The notes under the pieces are model-generated. The model had not been told where the DNA came from. It saw only the letters and a list, made by a program, of their open reading frames with translations, and did no database searches. From positions 1-64,000 of the IMG/VR virus record IMGVR_UViG_2684622643_000005: a stretch of DNA of 64,000 nucleotides. One strand, written 5' to 3'. The stretch is from an uncultured virus (IMG/VR IMGVR_UViG_2684622643_000005). Taxonomy: Duplodnaviria > Heunggongvirae > Uroviricota > Caudoviricetes. Made by a program: the position numbers and the translations under genes. Every line of letters begins with the position of its first letter. Position 1 is the first letter of the stretch. Shown here one piece after another: positions 46,406-55,673 of the stretch.

Positions 46406-46927
46406 ATGAGTGAAACGCTAACCCAGGAGAGGCTCAAGGAGCTTCTTCGCTATGACACGGAAACCGGCGAATTCACGTGGCTGGCAAGGAAAGGATCACG
46501 AGCACTTGTCGGCTCGAAGGCGGGAAGCAATGACGGCCAGGGGTATATCCGAATCGCCATTGACGGCCGCCGATATAGGGCTCATCGCTTGGCTTGGCTG
46601 TATTGCTACGGCAAATGGCCTGCGGCGCAGGTTGATCACCTGAATCATCGGCGAGATGACAACAGGCTTTCAAATCTTCGCGAGGCGTCCCACTCCGAGA
46701 ACCAACGGAATGCAAGTCTTTGCAGGAGAAACACTTCTGGAGAGCTTGGGATAAGCCTCGAAATCAGTCGCCAGAAATGGCGCGTCCTGATCTCGATTGA
46801 TGGGACAGGGAAGCGAAAGCACATCGGCTATTTCAGCTCTATCGAAGATGCCCGATCTGCGCGCGACGAGGCCTATGAGCGGCACGGATATCACCCGAAC
46901 CACGGGGCGAAGCCACCTGCCGCATAA
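46406..46927 (+). CDS. HNH endonuclease with AP2-like domain
   Basis: AHRLAW, VDHLNHRRDDNRLSNLR, HIGYFS. Confidence 0.88.
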   Translation: MSETLTQERLKELLRYDTETGEFTWLARKGSRALVGSKAGSNDGQGYIRIAIDGRRYRAHRLAWLYCYGKWPAAQVDHLNHRRDDNRLSNLREASHSENQRNASLCRRNTSGELGISLEISRQKWRVLISIDGTGKRKHIGYFSSIEDARSARDEAYERHGYHPNHGAKPPAA

Positions 46928-46991
46928 ACCCCGATTTCACTGGCTGGCCCTCCACCGAGGGCCAGACGGGAAGTCAACGAGGAGATAGGTC

Positions 46992-47321
46992 ATGGCCCGC
47001 CAGAACGATATTGAAACCATTAAGGATTTGTTGCATCGCGGCGAACTCACTGCCGACCAAGCAAATGTCCAGATGGTTCGCAACGATCGGTTCCGCATGG
47101 TGATCAATTCGCTTCCTGCAAGTGTGCGCAAGGCTCTCAATGCTGCGGTGAAAACTGGTGAGCTTGGGCACATGAAGAAAGATGGCCACAAGCCTGAGTG
47201 CTATTTCCACCCTACCTTCAAATATCTGGCTGTTGAGGCCCGCAACAAGCGGGAGTGTGAAATCGCAAGAGCAAGCCGCAGTGCTTTGGCAAGCATGAGT
47301 GACATTGTGTCACTTGATTGA
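46992..47321 (+). CDS. Phage hypothetical protein
   Basis: AGGAG RBS. Confidence 0.65.
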   Translation: MARQNDIETIKDLLHRGELTADQANVQMVRNDRFRMVINSLPASVRKALNAAVKTGELGHMKKDGHKPECYFHPTFKYLAVEARNKRECEIARASRSALASMSDIVSLD

Positions 47322-47389
47322 TCGGATACCCAAGATTCCCTTCGCAAGAGGGGCATCGAAGAAGTCAACACGCCCTGGAGGGCAAGACG

Positions 47390-47596
47390 ATGAATGAAAA
47401 GGCCTTACTGGCTTTACGTCAGTCTCTTCGAATCATCCGCAGGGAGAACGACGTACACCGAGCGCGCATCGAGTACTACGAAACGGTCGGGATGTTGCGC
47501 GGATTGCACTACGGCGGAGCGATCGATTCCTGGCAGCTATTAGCTCTAACCGAGCTAGCAGGAAGCGCATACATCAACGCTGGCAAACCCTATTAA
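47390..47596 (+). CDS. Phage hypothetical protein
   Basis: GGAGG RBS, MNEKALLALR. Confidence 0.6.
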   Translation: MNEKALLALRQSLRIIRRENDVHRARIEYYETVGMLRGLHYGGAIDSWQLLALTELAGSAYINAGKPY

Positions 47597-47606
47597 GGAG
47601 ACTGAA

Positions 47607-47813
47607 ATGGCTCAATTCAATATCGATTCCCACCTGAGCGACGGCAAGAGCCTGCAATGGCTTGCCTTGCCGGACGCCGGTGAACAGCCTCTGGACGTTG
47701 AGGTGAAGGTTCGCCAGGCGGCAATGAAGAAGTTCGGACAGTCCGTCTTCTTCAATTGCTGGGAGCACGTAGTTGCAAGCAACGGCTACATCACCGTGCG
47801 GATGCATGCGTGA
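47607..47813 (+). CDS. Phage hypothetical protein
   Basis: AAGGAG RBS. Confidence 0.65.
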   Translation: MAQFNIDSHLSDGKSLQWLALPDAGEQPLDVEVKVRQAAMKKFGQSVFFNCWEHVVASNGYITVRMHA

Positions 47814-47830
47814 TGCAAGGAGTCGACCCG

Positions 47831-48018
47831 ATGACAATCATTCACGAATGCGACCGGTGCAACGCGCCCGGTCGCGTGATCGAGACGTCCGACGGATTCC
47901 GCTGCGAGGGTTGCTACGAGGATGCGCAGGAGCAGGTGCGCAGCGAGGCGAGCTGCCCCGAGTGTGGGCGCCTGGGGTGACGGCTACAGGAATTTGTTAC
48001 GCCTGCGAGAACACTTGA
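47831..48018 (+). pseudogene. Cys-rich zinc-finger gene apparently frameshifted at a G-run
   Basis: CxxC pairs continue (CYAC) in another frame after CTGGGGTGA. Confidence 0.5.
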
Positions 48019-48060
48019 GAACACTGCCACGGTTCGCCGGGGCATCACCTAGGAAAGGAC

Positions 48061-48300
48061 ATGAACAGCAAGCAACGCCGACAAGCCTACCGCGCCATGC
48101 CCAAGCCAGGCGCCGTCGTCCGCTGGAAGTCGGCCATCACTGGCAAGGTGCGCGAAGGCGTGATGGTCGGGCCGTCCGATATCTACACGAACGAACACCC
48201 GAACGCCTCCAAAAGCAGGCCGACACCGAGCACCCACCGCGTGGCCGTCAGGATTGCCGGCGGCAAGTGCCACATCCTGGTTCGCCACCTGATCCGCTGA
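48061..48300 (+). CDS. Phage hypothetical protein
   Basis: AAGGA RBS. Confidence 0.6.
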   Translation: MNSKQRRQAYRAMPKPGAVVRWKSAITGKVREGVMVGPSDIYTNEHPNASKSRPTPSTHRVAVRIAGGKCHILVRHLIR

Positions 48301-48362
48301 ACACCGCCCGCGCCTGCCGGGTTCCCCAACGCAGGCCCGATCCACATGGCTCCCCATCGCCA

Positions 48363-48578
48363 GGCTGTATCGGAGAGTGGTCTGAATGCGCAGGCTGATG
48401 CGCGACGAGAATCATGGTTTTGCCGCCATGAGACGAACGTCATAACTGTAAATGGTTGCTGGCCAGACTGCCGCTGTGAACCGCGTACACGAATCGATGC
48501 GTGGCATGAAACGGAACACATGATGTCACCACCAGCATGCCGGAGATCAGCACCGGCCAGACCACTCCCCCATACAGC
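48363..48578 (+). ncRNA. tRNA-like structured RNA, copy B
   Basis: Long closing stem GGCTGTAT.GGAGAGTGGTCTG/CAGACCACTCCCCATACAGCC; 20-nt motif shared with copy A. Confidence 0.6.
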
Positions 48579-48731
48579 CAATTACCAGCCCCCGGGCAAG
48601 AGAGGAATCCATGCCAACCCTTTTTGAGTTCGCTGCAATGTGGGGAATTCTGCTTCTGACGATGTTTTTGCCGATCCGTTTGAAGCGTCGCCCTATTCAA
48701 CCGCAAGACGCCTGACAGGCAGGAGAACAGA

Positions 48732-49037
48732 ATGAGAAAGCACACGCCGGGGCCGTGGGGCATCGAACGCCTTCATGGAGAAATCAACGTGATCTCCTGC
48801 AATGAGCGAGATGGCGCTGCGAAAGATATGGGTATTGTTTATGTCCTTGCTCGCGATGTTGGCGGAATGATTCATGGCGAGCAGTTTGACGACAGAAGCG
48901 AAGTCGAAGCAAACGCCCGCCTGATGGCTGCGGCGCCTGATCTTATGGATGCTCTAGTAGCTCTGGTTGAGCGCGAGCAAACCACACCAGAGCTTTGGGA
49001 AGCAGCAAGAGCCGCAATCGCCAAGGCAACCGCCTAA
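48732..49037 (+). CDS. Phage hypothetical protein
   Basis: KHTPGPW...EANARLMAAAPDL motif common in early phage proteins. Confidence 0.75.
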   Translation: MRKHTPGPWGIERLHGEINVISCNERDGAAKDMGIVYVLARDVGGMIHGEQFDDRSEVEANARLMAAAPDLMDALVALVEREQTTPELWEAARAAIAKATA

Positions 49038-49073
49038 CCGCGCCCTGGCGCATACACGCACTGGAGGCAAGAT

Positions 49074-49418
49074 ATGTGCAATTTCCAGCGAGGCACATAT
49101 GAGTGCCGTGGAGATGGCTACTTATGGGATGCAGATAACGACGGCTGGGACCCTGATGATGAGTCTTGGCCTTGTCCGGGCTGCAACACCTTGGAGTATC
49201 TAACCATCGCCAAGGAAGAATCGGAGAGTTGCAGCTTCTTCGTTGACTGCGGCGACAGCGGAACCGGCGAGGACATCTGGCGCCGTAAGCTCAACTGGGC
49301 TCTAGGTGCAAACCCTGAAGAAACTGAGCGCGTACTGAAGATTCTCGGACCAATCCACTGTCTCGTTCATGACAAGACATCGCCCGATGGCTTCATCGTG
49401 AGCATAAACAACGTATGA
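49074..49418 (+). CDS. Phage hypothetical protein (Cys-rich)
   Basis: GGAGG RBS. Confidence 0.65.
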   Translation: MCNFQRGTYECRGDGYLWDADNDGWDPDDESWPCPGCNTLEYLTIAKEESESCSFFVDCGDSGTGEDIWRRKLNWALGANPEETERVLKILGPIHCLVHDKTSPDGFIVSINNV

Positions 49419-49446
49419 CTTCCCCGGCAAGGACGCCACCCTTCAA

Positions 49447-49574
49447 TGGGGATGAGTCCCGCGCAGCGGGAGATGTACTAGGTACCTGCGGCCGTCCCTG
49501 CTTCGGCATACGAAATGAGTCACTGAATGGGTCCGCGCCAAGTCAGTCGCCGGTGAGATTCCGGCACATCCCCA
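49447..49574 (+). ncRNA. tRNA-like structured RNA
   Basis: TGGGGATG/CATCCCCA stem, D-like hairpin TCCCGC-GCA-GCGGGA, T-like hairpin GCCGG-TGAGATT-CCGGC; terminator at 49590-49612. Confidence 0.5.
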
Positions 49575-49847
49575 CCCTACCCCTCATTAGCCCGGCAAGT
49601 CCGGGCATTTTTTCGCCGTCCCAACACGCCGTCTGCCGCTTGGGCAGCGGGTGGCCGTCGCCTACTCGGTTTGTCTGTGGGCTCAACGTGAGGGTTTGAC
49701 CATGTGAACTGCCGCCCGAGCAGGCCTCAGTAATGCTCCAGACAACCGAAAGCCCGGCGCAGACGTTGCCGGGCTTTCACTTTCTACCGCCTGTATGACG
49801 GGAGCGATTCGGAACGCTGCCGCATGCACGCGAACGCGAGGTGAGAC

Positions 49848-50213
49848 ATGAACACCGCATTGAAATACGCCCAGGAACGCTGGGACAACGCGCTACCGCC
49901 CGACGATGACGGCGACCGAGAGTATGTCACTGAGCAAGTCGGCAAGCTTCTGAACTGCGAGGACGGTGATTGCGTGCCGTTCCATGATCGGAAAGAAAGG
50001 CCCTTTATCGGCCCTGAGTTTACGGTCTACGGCTTTGCCGGATTCGTCCCTGAGTGGCTTGCCGAGGTCGACGGCAAAGAGTGCCCGATGACTCAGCTAC
50101 TGCTTGCAGTGCGCCGCGGCGACCTGGAACTGGCCCAACGCATCTGGTTCCGCGCATTCGAAGCAACGCTGATCGAGAACGCTGAACGAATGGTTAGGGA
50201 GAGACGAGTTTGA
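49848..50213 (+). CDS. Phage hypothetical protein
   Basis: GAGGTG RBS; stop codon supplied by the IS end. Confidence 0.75.
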   Translation: MNTALKYAQERWDNALPPDDDGDREYVTEQVGKLLNCEDGDCVPFHDRKERPFIGPEFTVYGFAGFVPEWLAEVDGKECPMTQLLLAVRRGDLELAQRIWFRAFEATLIENAERMVRERRV

Positions 50214-51523
50214 CTGCTCCCCTCCCTGAAGGAAGGGGATTCCCAATTCACAGAGAACTGGACAGCGGTACTTGACCGATGCCGCTTACATTCTCTCCAA
50301 GGGCTAACACCGCCAGCCCGGCGGCTCTAATGTTGATCGCTGCGTTCACGTCGCGGTCATGTTCGGTGCCGCATTCCTGGCATGTCCAGCTACGGATATC
50401 CAAGGGTAAGCGCACAAGGGTATGACCGCAGCAGGAACAGCGCTTCGAACTGGGATACCAGCGGTCGATGGCGACGACCTGTCGGCCAGCCCATTCACCT
50501 TTGTACTCCAATTGTCGCGCAAACTCTCCCCAGCCGACATCGGCAATGGATTTACTCAGTCTCGGATTGCGGATCATGTTCTTTACGGCTAGGGATTCGA
50601 CGCAGACCACTTGGTTCTCGTTAATCAGTCTGCGGGACAGCTTGTGCAAGCGGTCCATGCGGCAGTCGGAGATTTTTGCGTGAATACGGGCCACTTTCAG
50701 CCGGGCCTTGGAGCGGTTCTTCGAGCCGAGCTTCTTCTTGCTAAGCCTACGCTGCGCCTTAGCTAGGCGAGCTGCGTATTTCGCGGTATGGCGGGGATTG
50801 CCGATCCGTTCGCCATCGCTGGTGACGAACAGGTCTTTCAGGCCCAGGTCGATACCGATCATCTTCGGCGTGACGGGCAGAGCCTCGAACTCGAACTCGC
50901 AGAGGCAAGACACATAGTAGCGGCCTGCGGAGTCCCTCGAAACGGTGACGGTGGAAGGCTCGCTCGGAAGCGGTCTGCTCCAGCGTATATCAAGAGGAGT
51001 CCTGGACTTGGCCAGGTACAGCTTGCCGTCCCGGTAGCTGAACGCCGACCGGGTGAACTCAGCGGACTGCCGATGCTTCTTGCTTTTGTACGCAGGGTAC
51101 TTCGTGCGGCCTGAAAAGAAGTTTTTGAAGGCGGACTGCTGGTGGCGAAGGCACTGCTGCAAGGGGACGCAGGAGACCTCGTTCAGCCACGGAAACTCGC
51201 CGGAGCGCTTGAGCCTGGTGAGTGCCGCGTTGGCCTCCAGATACCCGACCTTCTCCTGCCGCTGGAAGAACGCATCGGTTCGCCAGCGTAGGACATAGTT
51301 GTAGACGAAGCGCGTACAGCCGAACGTCTGAGCTAGCAATTGCGCCTGCTCAGAAGTCGGATAGAAACGGTATTTGTACGCACGGTTAGCCATGCGTCAC
51401 ATTTTACCATCGTTAATGTAAAGGTAGTCACGACGAAACGGAGGAGGCGGGAACAGGGGCGCTCTGCGAGCGCCGTGCTATCCCTACCCCGCACTAGAAG
51501 TACGGGGTTTCCCGCGAAAACTG
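50210..51523 (-). mobile_element. tnpB-only IS200/IS605-family element (IS1341-like)
   Basis: Subterminal hairpins at 50219-50238 and 51487-51507, right end GAAT...TCAA, left flank TCAT, no tnpA. Confidence 0.88.
50248..51393 (-). CDS. tnpB: RNA-guided endonuclease TnpB
   Basis: AYKYRFYPT HTH, GIDLG / VESL / DRDVNAA RuvC D-E-D, CSCC...CQEC zinc finger. Confidence 0.95.
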   Translation of the reverse strand: MANRAYKYRFYPTSEQAQLLAQTFGCTRFVYNYVLRWRTDAFFQRQEKVGYLEANAALTRLKRSGEFPWLNEVSCVPLQQCLRHQQSAFKNFFSGRTKYPAYKSKKHRQSAEFTRSAFSYRDGKLYLAKSRTPLDIRWSRPLPSEPSTVTVSRDSAGRYYVSCLCEFEFEALPVTPKMIGIDLGLKDLFVTSDGERIGNPRHTAKYAARLAKAQRRLSKKKLGSKNRSKARLKVARIHAKISDCRMDRLHKLSRRLINENQVVCVESLAVKNMIRNPRLSKSIADVGWGEFARQLEYKGEWAGRQVVAIDRWYPSSKRCSCCGHTLVRLPLDIRSWTCQECGTEHDRDVNAAINIRAAGLAVLALGENVSGIGQVPLSSSL

Positions 51524-52081
51524 ATGAGCATTGACTGGAACACGGCACCGGAGGGTGCGACTCATTGGGAGCCAACAGGACCTGATTTCTATGAAGGATG
51601 GATGAAGAAAGAAGGGACTGACTGGTTTTATTGGAGCGAATCAGGACACAAATGGATAAACGGGATTTTGACCTGCGATGTGTCCGCTGAGCGTGAGGCG
51701 ACATTCGAGGCTAGACCGCAAGAGGCCTGGGACGGCCAGGGCCTGCCGCCGGTTGGGACGGTGTGTGAGTGGCACGAGTCTGATGGCTGGGCTTATACAG
51801 AAAGCAAGGTGGTCGCCTATACAGATGATGGGCTATTCGTCTGTATGCAGAAACAAGGCCGTCGGCCTGAAGTACTGCGGATAGATAATTGCGATTTCCG
51901 CCCCATCCGCACCCCCGAGCAGATCGCCGCAGCCGAGCGATGGGCTGCGATTCAGCAGATGCTGGCCTTTGCTGACGTGAAGTACGGCGCCGGCGAACTG
52001 ATGTCCCCGAAGGAGTACGTAGAGACAGCCGTGGCCGCGCTCTATGACGCCGGCTACCGCCGCCAGGAGTCATCCACATGA
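51524..52081 (+). CDS. Phage hypothetical protein
   Basis: MSIDWNTAPEGATHW, WDGQGLPPVGTVCE. Confidence 0.75.
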   Translation: MSIDWNTAPEGATHWEPTGPDFYEGWMKKEGTDWFYWSESGHKWINGILTCDVSAEREATFEARPQEAWDGQGLPPVGTVCEWHESDGWAYTESKVVAYTDDGLFVCMQKQGRRPEVLRIDNCDFRPIRTPEQIAAAERWAAIQQMLAFADVKYGAGELMSPKEYVETAVAALYDAGYRRQESST

Positions 52082-52671
52082 CCATCACCATAGACCTGAA
52101 AGAGGCCGCCAAGACAACGTTCTTCGCGGCCTTTTTCTTGGGCAGCATCCTGGCCTTCGCCGTGGCGTTTGTTGAGGTGGCGGGGCTATGAAGCGCGCAC
52201 CAGTCGATTTACTCCGCAAGGCCATAGAGGCCGCCCAGGTGCTCAAAAATACGGGCGTTCTGTTCGTGCCCATGCCTGTCCTTAGCCAAGAGGACCATGA
52301 GCAGCTAACCAGTGAAATGCTGGCTCGGCTGACAAAGCTTGAGGAGGACGAGGAATGAACCCCCGCCGCACAGCAATCTGGCTAGGCAGCCTCTTTGGCG
52401 GCCTGCTGTACCTGTTCATTCTCGCAGCCGGCCCGATATGGGGCGGGATCATCACAGCAGAATCTACGCACCTGTCCGCAGCAGGCCGGTAATCCGGATA
52501 ACTGCGGCTTCCCCAGCGGGCGGTGGGCGGCATGAAGAAAACACCCGCAGCAGCGGCTTCTAGCGCAACGCTATTCATCCCGCAGGGGTGACGCTGCCGA
52601 GTGGCGCCGTAAGCGCTTTTCCCTTCTAACCCCTCCCTTCATTGGCTGCGCATGCGCGGCGAGGATCACTC

Positions 52672-53418
52672 ATGCATACCCAAAACATGCGGCTATGGGA
52701 TCAGGTTCAAGCAACCGACCCATCTGCCACCAAGAGCGCAAAAGTCGATGGTCAGCAGATCACGTCGATCAGCGGCCAGCACATGATCATGAAGGCTACC
52801 CAGATGTTCGGCCCTGTCGGGATCGGGTGGGGCTGGACGGTCATCGAGGAGCGCTTTGACCAGGGCGGCCCGATCTTCCGTGAAATCACCGACGCTGACG
52901 GAAAGAAGGTCAGCGAACTAATTGGTCACGAAGTCGGGCACACCGTGCGCATCAAACTGTGGTTCGAATTGGACGGCAAGCGCGGAGAGGTAGAGCAATA
53001 CGGTTGCACGCCGTTCTCCTACCGGTCCAAGTGGGGAATCACCACCGACACCGAGGCTCCGAAAAAATCACTAACGGACGCCGTGAAGAAATCTCTTGCG
53101 ATGCTCGGGTTCAGCGCGGACATCTTCCTTGGCTTGTTCGACGACCGCGACTATGTGGAAGCACGTCGTGAAGAGGAGCAGATCGCCAAGGCCGAGGACC
53201 AGCAGGCCGCAGAAGAGCAGGCGAATGAAGAGCGCCTCGCCTACATCAAATCGATTATCGAGACGATGCAAGGCGCCCAGTCCCAGTACGAACTCAAGAA
53301 GATCCACGACGTTGCCGTGCGCAAGCTCACTGCGCGCAAAGACGATAGTGGCGTCAAGCGCATTGCTCGCGAATTCTCCGAGCAGATCAAGCGATTCACC
53401 GAGGAGAAGGCGGCATGA
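52672..53418 (+). CDS. Rad52/Sak-like single-strand annealing recombinase
   Basis: FGPVGIGWGW, KKSLTDAVKK...LGFSADI; clustered with Gp157-like and SSB-like genes. Confidence 0.72.
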   Translation: MHTQNMRLWDQVQATDPSATKSAKVDGQQITSISGQHMIMKATQMFGPVGIGWGWTVIEERFDQGGPIFREITDADGKKVSELIGHEVGHTVRIKLWFELDGKRGEVEQYGCTPFSYRSKWGITTDTEAPKKSLTDAVKKSLAMLGFSADIFLGLFDDRDYVEARREEEQIAKAEDQQAAEEQANEERLAYIKSIIETMQGAQSQYELKKIHDVAVRKLTARKDDSGVKRIAREFSEQIKRFTEEKAA

Positions 53419-53912
53419 CCCAACTCTACAAGCTCACCGAGCAGTTTCTTGAACTTGCAGCCCTGGCAGAAACGGCTGATGAAGGCATGGCTGTGGCTGT
53501 CCGGGACACCATGCAAGCAATCGGGGGAGAGTTCGAAGAAAAAGGAAAGGCCCTGGCAACGGTCGTCCTGAACATGGATACCGACGTCGAAGCGCTCGAC
53601 CGTGAAATAGAGCGACTGAACGACCGGAAGAGGGCAATAAAGGCTCGCCAGGACTCGATGAAGGAATACCTGCGGGAAAACATGGAAGCAGCCGGCATCA
53701 AGAAGATCAGTTGCCCCCTCTTTTCCATCACCTGCGTTGAGGGGCGAGAGATCGCCGTGATCGACGACGAAAAGAAGCTGCCCGACGAACTGGTCAAGGT
53801 GAAGGTCGAAACCAGTCCTGACAAGAATGCAATCGCGCGGGCTTTGAAAGACGGCAAGGACGTACCCGGCGCTCATTTGGAGCGGGCGAAGTCTTCAATC
53901 AGGATCAAGTGA
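53415..53912 (+). CDS. Siphovirus Gp157-family protein
   Basis: LYKLT, coiled coil, PDKNAI..ALKDG..VPGAHL. Confidence 0.82.
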   Translation: MTQLYKLTEQFLELAALAETADEGMAVAVRDTMQAIGGEFEEKGKALATVVLNMDTDVEALDREIERLNDRKRAIKARQDSMKEYLRENMEAAGIKKISCPLFSITCVEGREIAVIDDEKKLPDELVKVKVETSPDKNAIARALKDGKDVPGAHLERAKSSIRIK

Positions 53913-53922
53913 GGAAAGCAGC

Positions 53923-54234
53923 ATGAGCGTGAAATACGATGTTGTGGCAACCGTTGGCCAGTACGAGAAAGACGGCCAGACCAAATACCTGAGCCGAAAA
54001 GTAGGCGTGATCGTCAATACCAAGCATGGATTCCGCTTAAAGATGGACGCCTGCTTCAATCCAGCCGGATGTCCTCGCACCGATGATGGCGGCGTATGGC
54101 TCGCGCTGTTCGAGTCGAAGGAGAAGGAACAACAGCAACGCCAACAACAGAGCCAGCAAGCGGCACCGCCTGCCAGTAACGACTTCGACGACGACATCCC
54201 ATTCAGCCCGCTGCCATATCTAGCCGGCTCCTGA
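53923..54234 (+). CDS. SSB-like protein
   Basis: Gln-rich linker and DFDDDIPF acidic tip. Confidence 0.7.
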   Translation: MSVKYDVVATVGQYEKDGQTKYLSRKVGVIVNTKHGFRLKMDACFNPAGCPRTDDGGVWLALFESKEKEQQQRQQQSQQAAPPASNDFDDDIPFSPLPYLAGS

Positions 54235-54469
54235 CCCATGCAGGAGCCACCATGTACATCAAGAAAGACGTCATCGAGGTCATCAAGTACGCGGCGATGA
54301 TGGCGGCCTGCTCTCGCCAGTCCTGGGGAATCTACCCCATGAACCAGGGCTACAAGGCCATGCCCTTCCGTGGCGACTATCACCGCGTCGTCGAAGTCTG
54401 CCATCCCTGAACCATTCCTAATGCCTGACGCTGCATTGCGGCGCGGCGGACCATTGCCTGGAGAAAGTC

Positions 54470-54682
54470 ATGAGGCTGACCAGCATTCCACGCATCAAGA
54501 GCATCAACCTGAGTCAAAAACGTTTCGAGCGCCGCCGTCGCCTGTATGCACGAAAGATTCACTGGGAGCTATTCGGCGGGCCTCTAGGGGGGGCATGGCT
54601 ATGTACGCCTGGAACCCTGAAGTTCAGCATTCCAGGCTGGAGCGGCTACTACGACGGCGAAAACAAGTGGGTGGAAGCATGA
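54470..54682 (+). CDS. Phage hypothetical protein
   Basis: GGAG RBS; coupled downstream. Confidence 0.55.
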   Translation: MRLTSIPRIKSINLSQKRFERRRRLYARKIHWELFGGPLGGAWLCTPGTLKFSIPGWSGYYDGENKWVEA

Positions 54683-54885
54683 ACACTCACGAATTCATCA
54701 AGAAGCAGGTAGACCAGCAGTTGCAGCGCGACGGGTTCCCTTCGGGAATCTGCATGGTCATCGCCGACGAGGCGCTTGATTACTACAAGCGCAAGCAGAC
54801 CTTCCCCAAAGGCGCCTTCAACGAGTGCATGGTCTTCGCCCGAAAACGAGCGAAAGAGATGACCGGCAAGAAGAAGTCCGCCTGA
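54679..54885 (+). CDS. Phage hypothetical protein
   Basis: ATGA overlap; MNTHEFIKK. Confidence 0.6.
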   Translation: MNTHEFIKKQVDQQLQRDGFPSGICMVIADEALDYYKRKQTFPKGAFNECMVFARKRAKEMTGKKKSA

Positions 54886-55081
54886 CCCCGAACAGGAATA
54901 ACCCCATGCACCAGCTAACAGCGAATCACCGCCCTGGCGGTGTGACGGTCACCGGCTGGCCCGAAGAAAGCCAGCTCATGACCCCAGACGACATTCTGCT
55001 ATTCGCGAGAGCGGTGAGGCAGATAGCGATCAACCAGGCCCAGGGCGCCGAGGGTGTTCTGTGCTACCCGGAGGATGAGCC

Positions 55082-55291
55082 ATGCCCTTCGACGACAACG
55101 CCGCATACCGCCGCATAAACGCCCTCTGCTCAACCCCTGCGCCAGCCCGCTACCTCAACCTACCAACAGGCATCCACTGGGTCGTCATCGACAGCCTGGG
55201 CAATGTCCTGCAACTCGAAAACATCGAGCGCCGGCGCCGACTGATAACCGTTTCTGACCTCGAAACCGAGGCCTGGAGAAAGCTCCCATGA
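55082..55291 (+). CDS. Phage hypothetical protein
   Basis: GGAGG RBS; coupled. Confidence 0.6.
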   Translation: MPFDDNAAYRRINALCSTPAPARYLNLPTGIHWVVIDSLGNVLQLENIERRRRLITVSDLETEAWRKLP

Positions 55292-55656
55292 CCGAAGAGA
55301 ACGCTTGGACCGGCGAATGCTGGTCCGCCAACGACGAAGACTTCAACTGCGTGAGCCTGGCCGACCTGCTCAACGAGAACGAAGACCTCAAGCCAGGAGA
55401 CACCGTATACCGAGCCCAAGCGATCAAGCCCGACCCGACTGGCTATGTGCATGCAAGGGATGTGATCGAGTTGCTCGGAGAGCGCGCATGGGATGACGGT
55501 GGAGAGCATGCAGAGGGCTGGCCAGATATCGGCAAGGAAGAAGAGGAGGAGCTCAACCAGTTGCTGGAGAGCTGGATTCGCAAACACTGCCCTACAACGA
55601 CCTGGTGGCGGGTGAAGGATTCGACCCCGTACGTCCTCACCGAATCCGACTTCTGA
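55288..55656 (+). CDS. Acidic phage hypothetical protein
   Basis: ATGA overlap. Confidence 0.65.
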   Translation: MTEENAWTGECWSANDEDFNCVSLADLLNENEDLKPGDTVYRAQAIKPDPTGYVHARDVIELLGERAWDDGGEHAEGWPDIGKEEEEELNQLLESWIRKHCPTTTWWRVKDSTPYVLTESDF

Positions 55657-55673
55657 CCCAGGAGCAACGACCA

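Noticed and set aside
50248..51393. Nuclease-dead TnpB (TldR-type RNA-guided repressor)
   Set aside because: All three RuvC acidic residues and both IS ends are present, and the guide is simply the insertion flank
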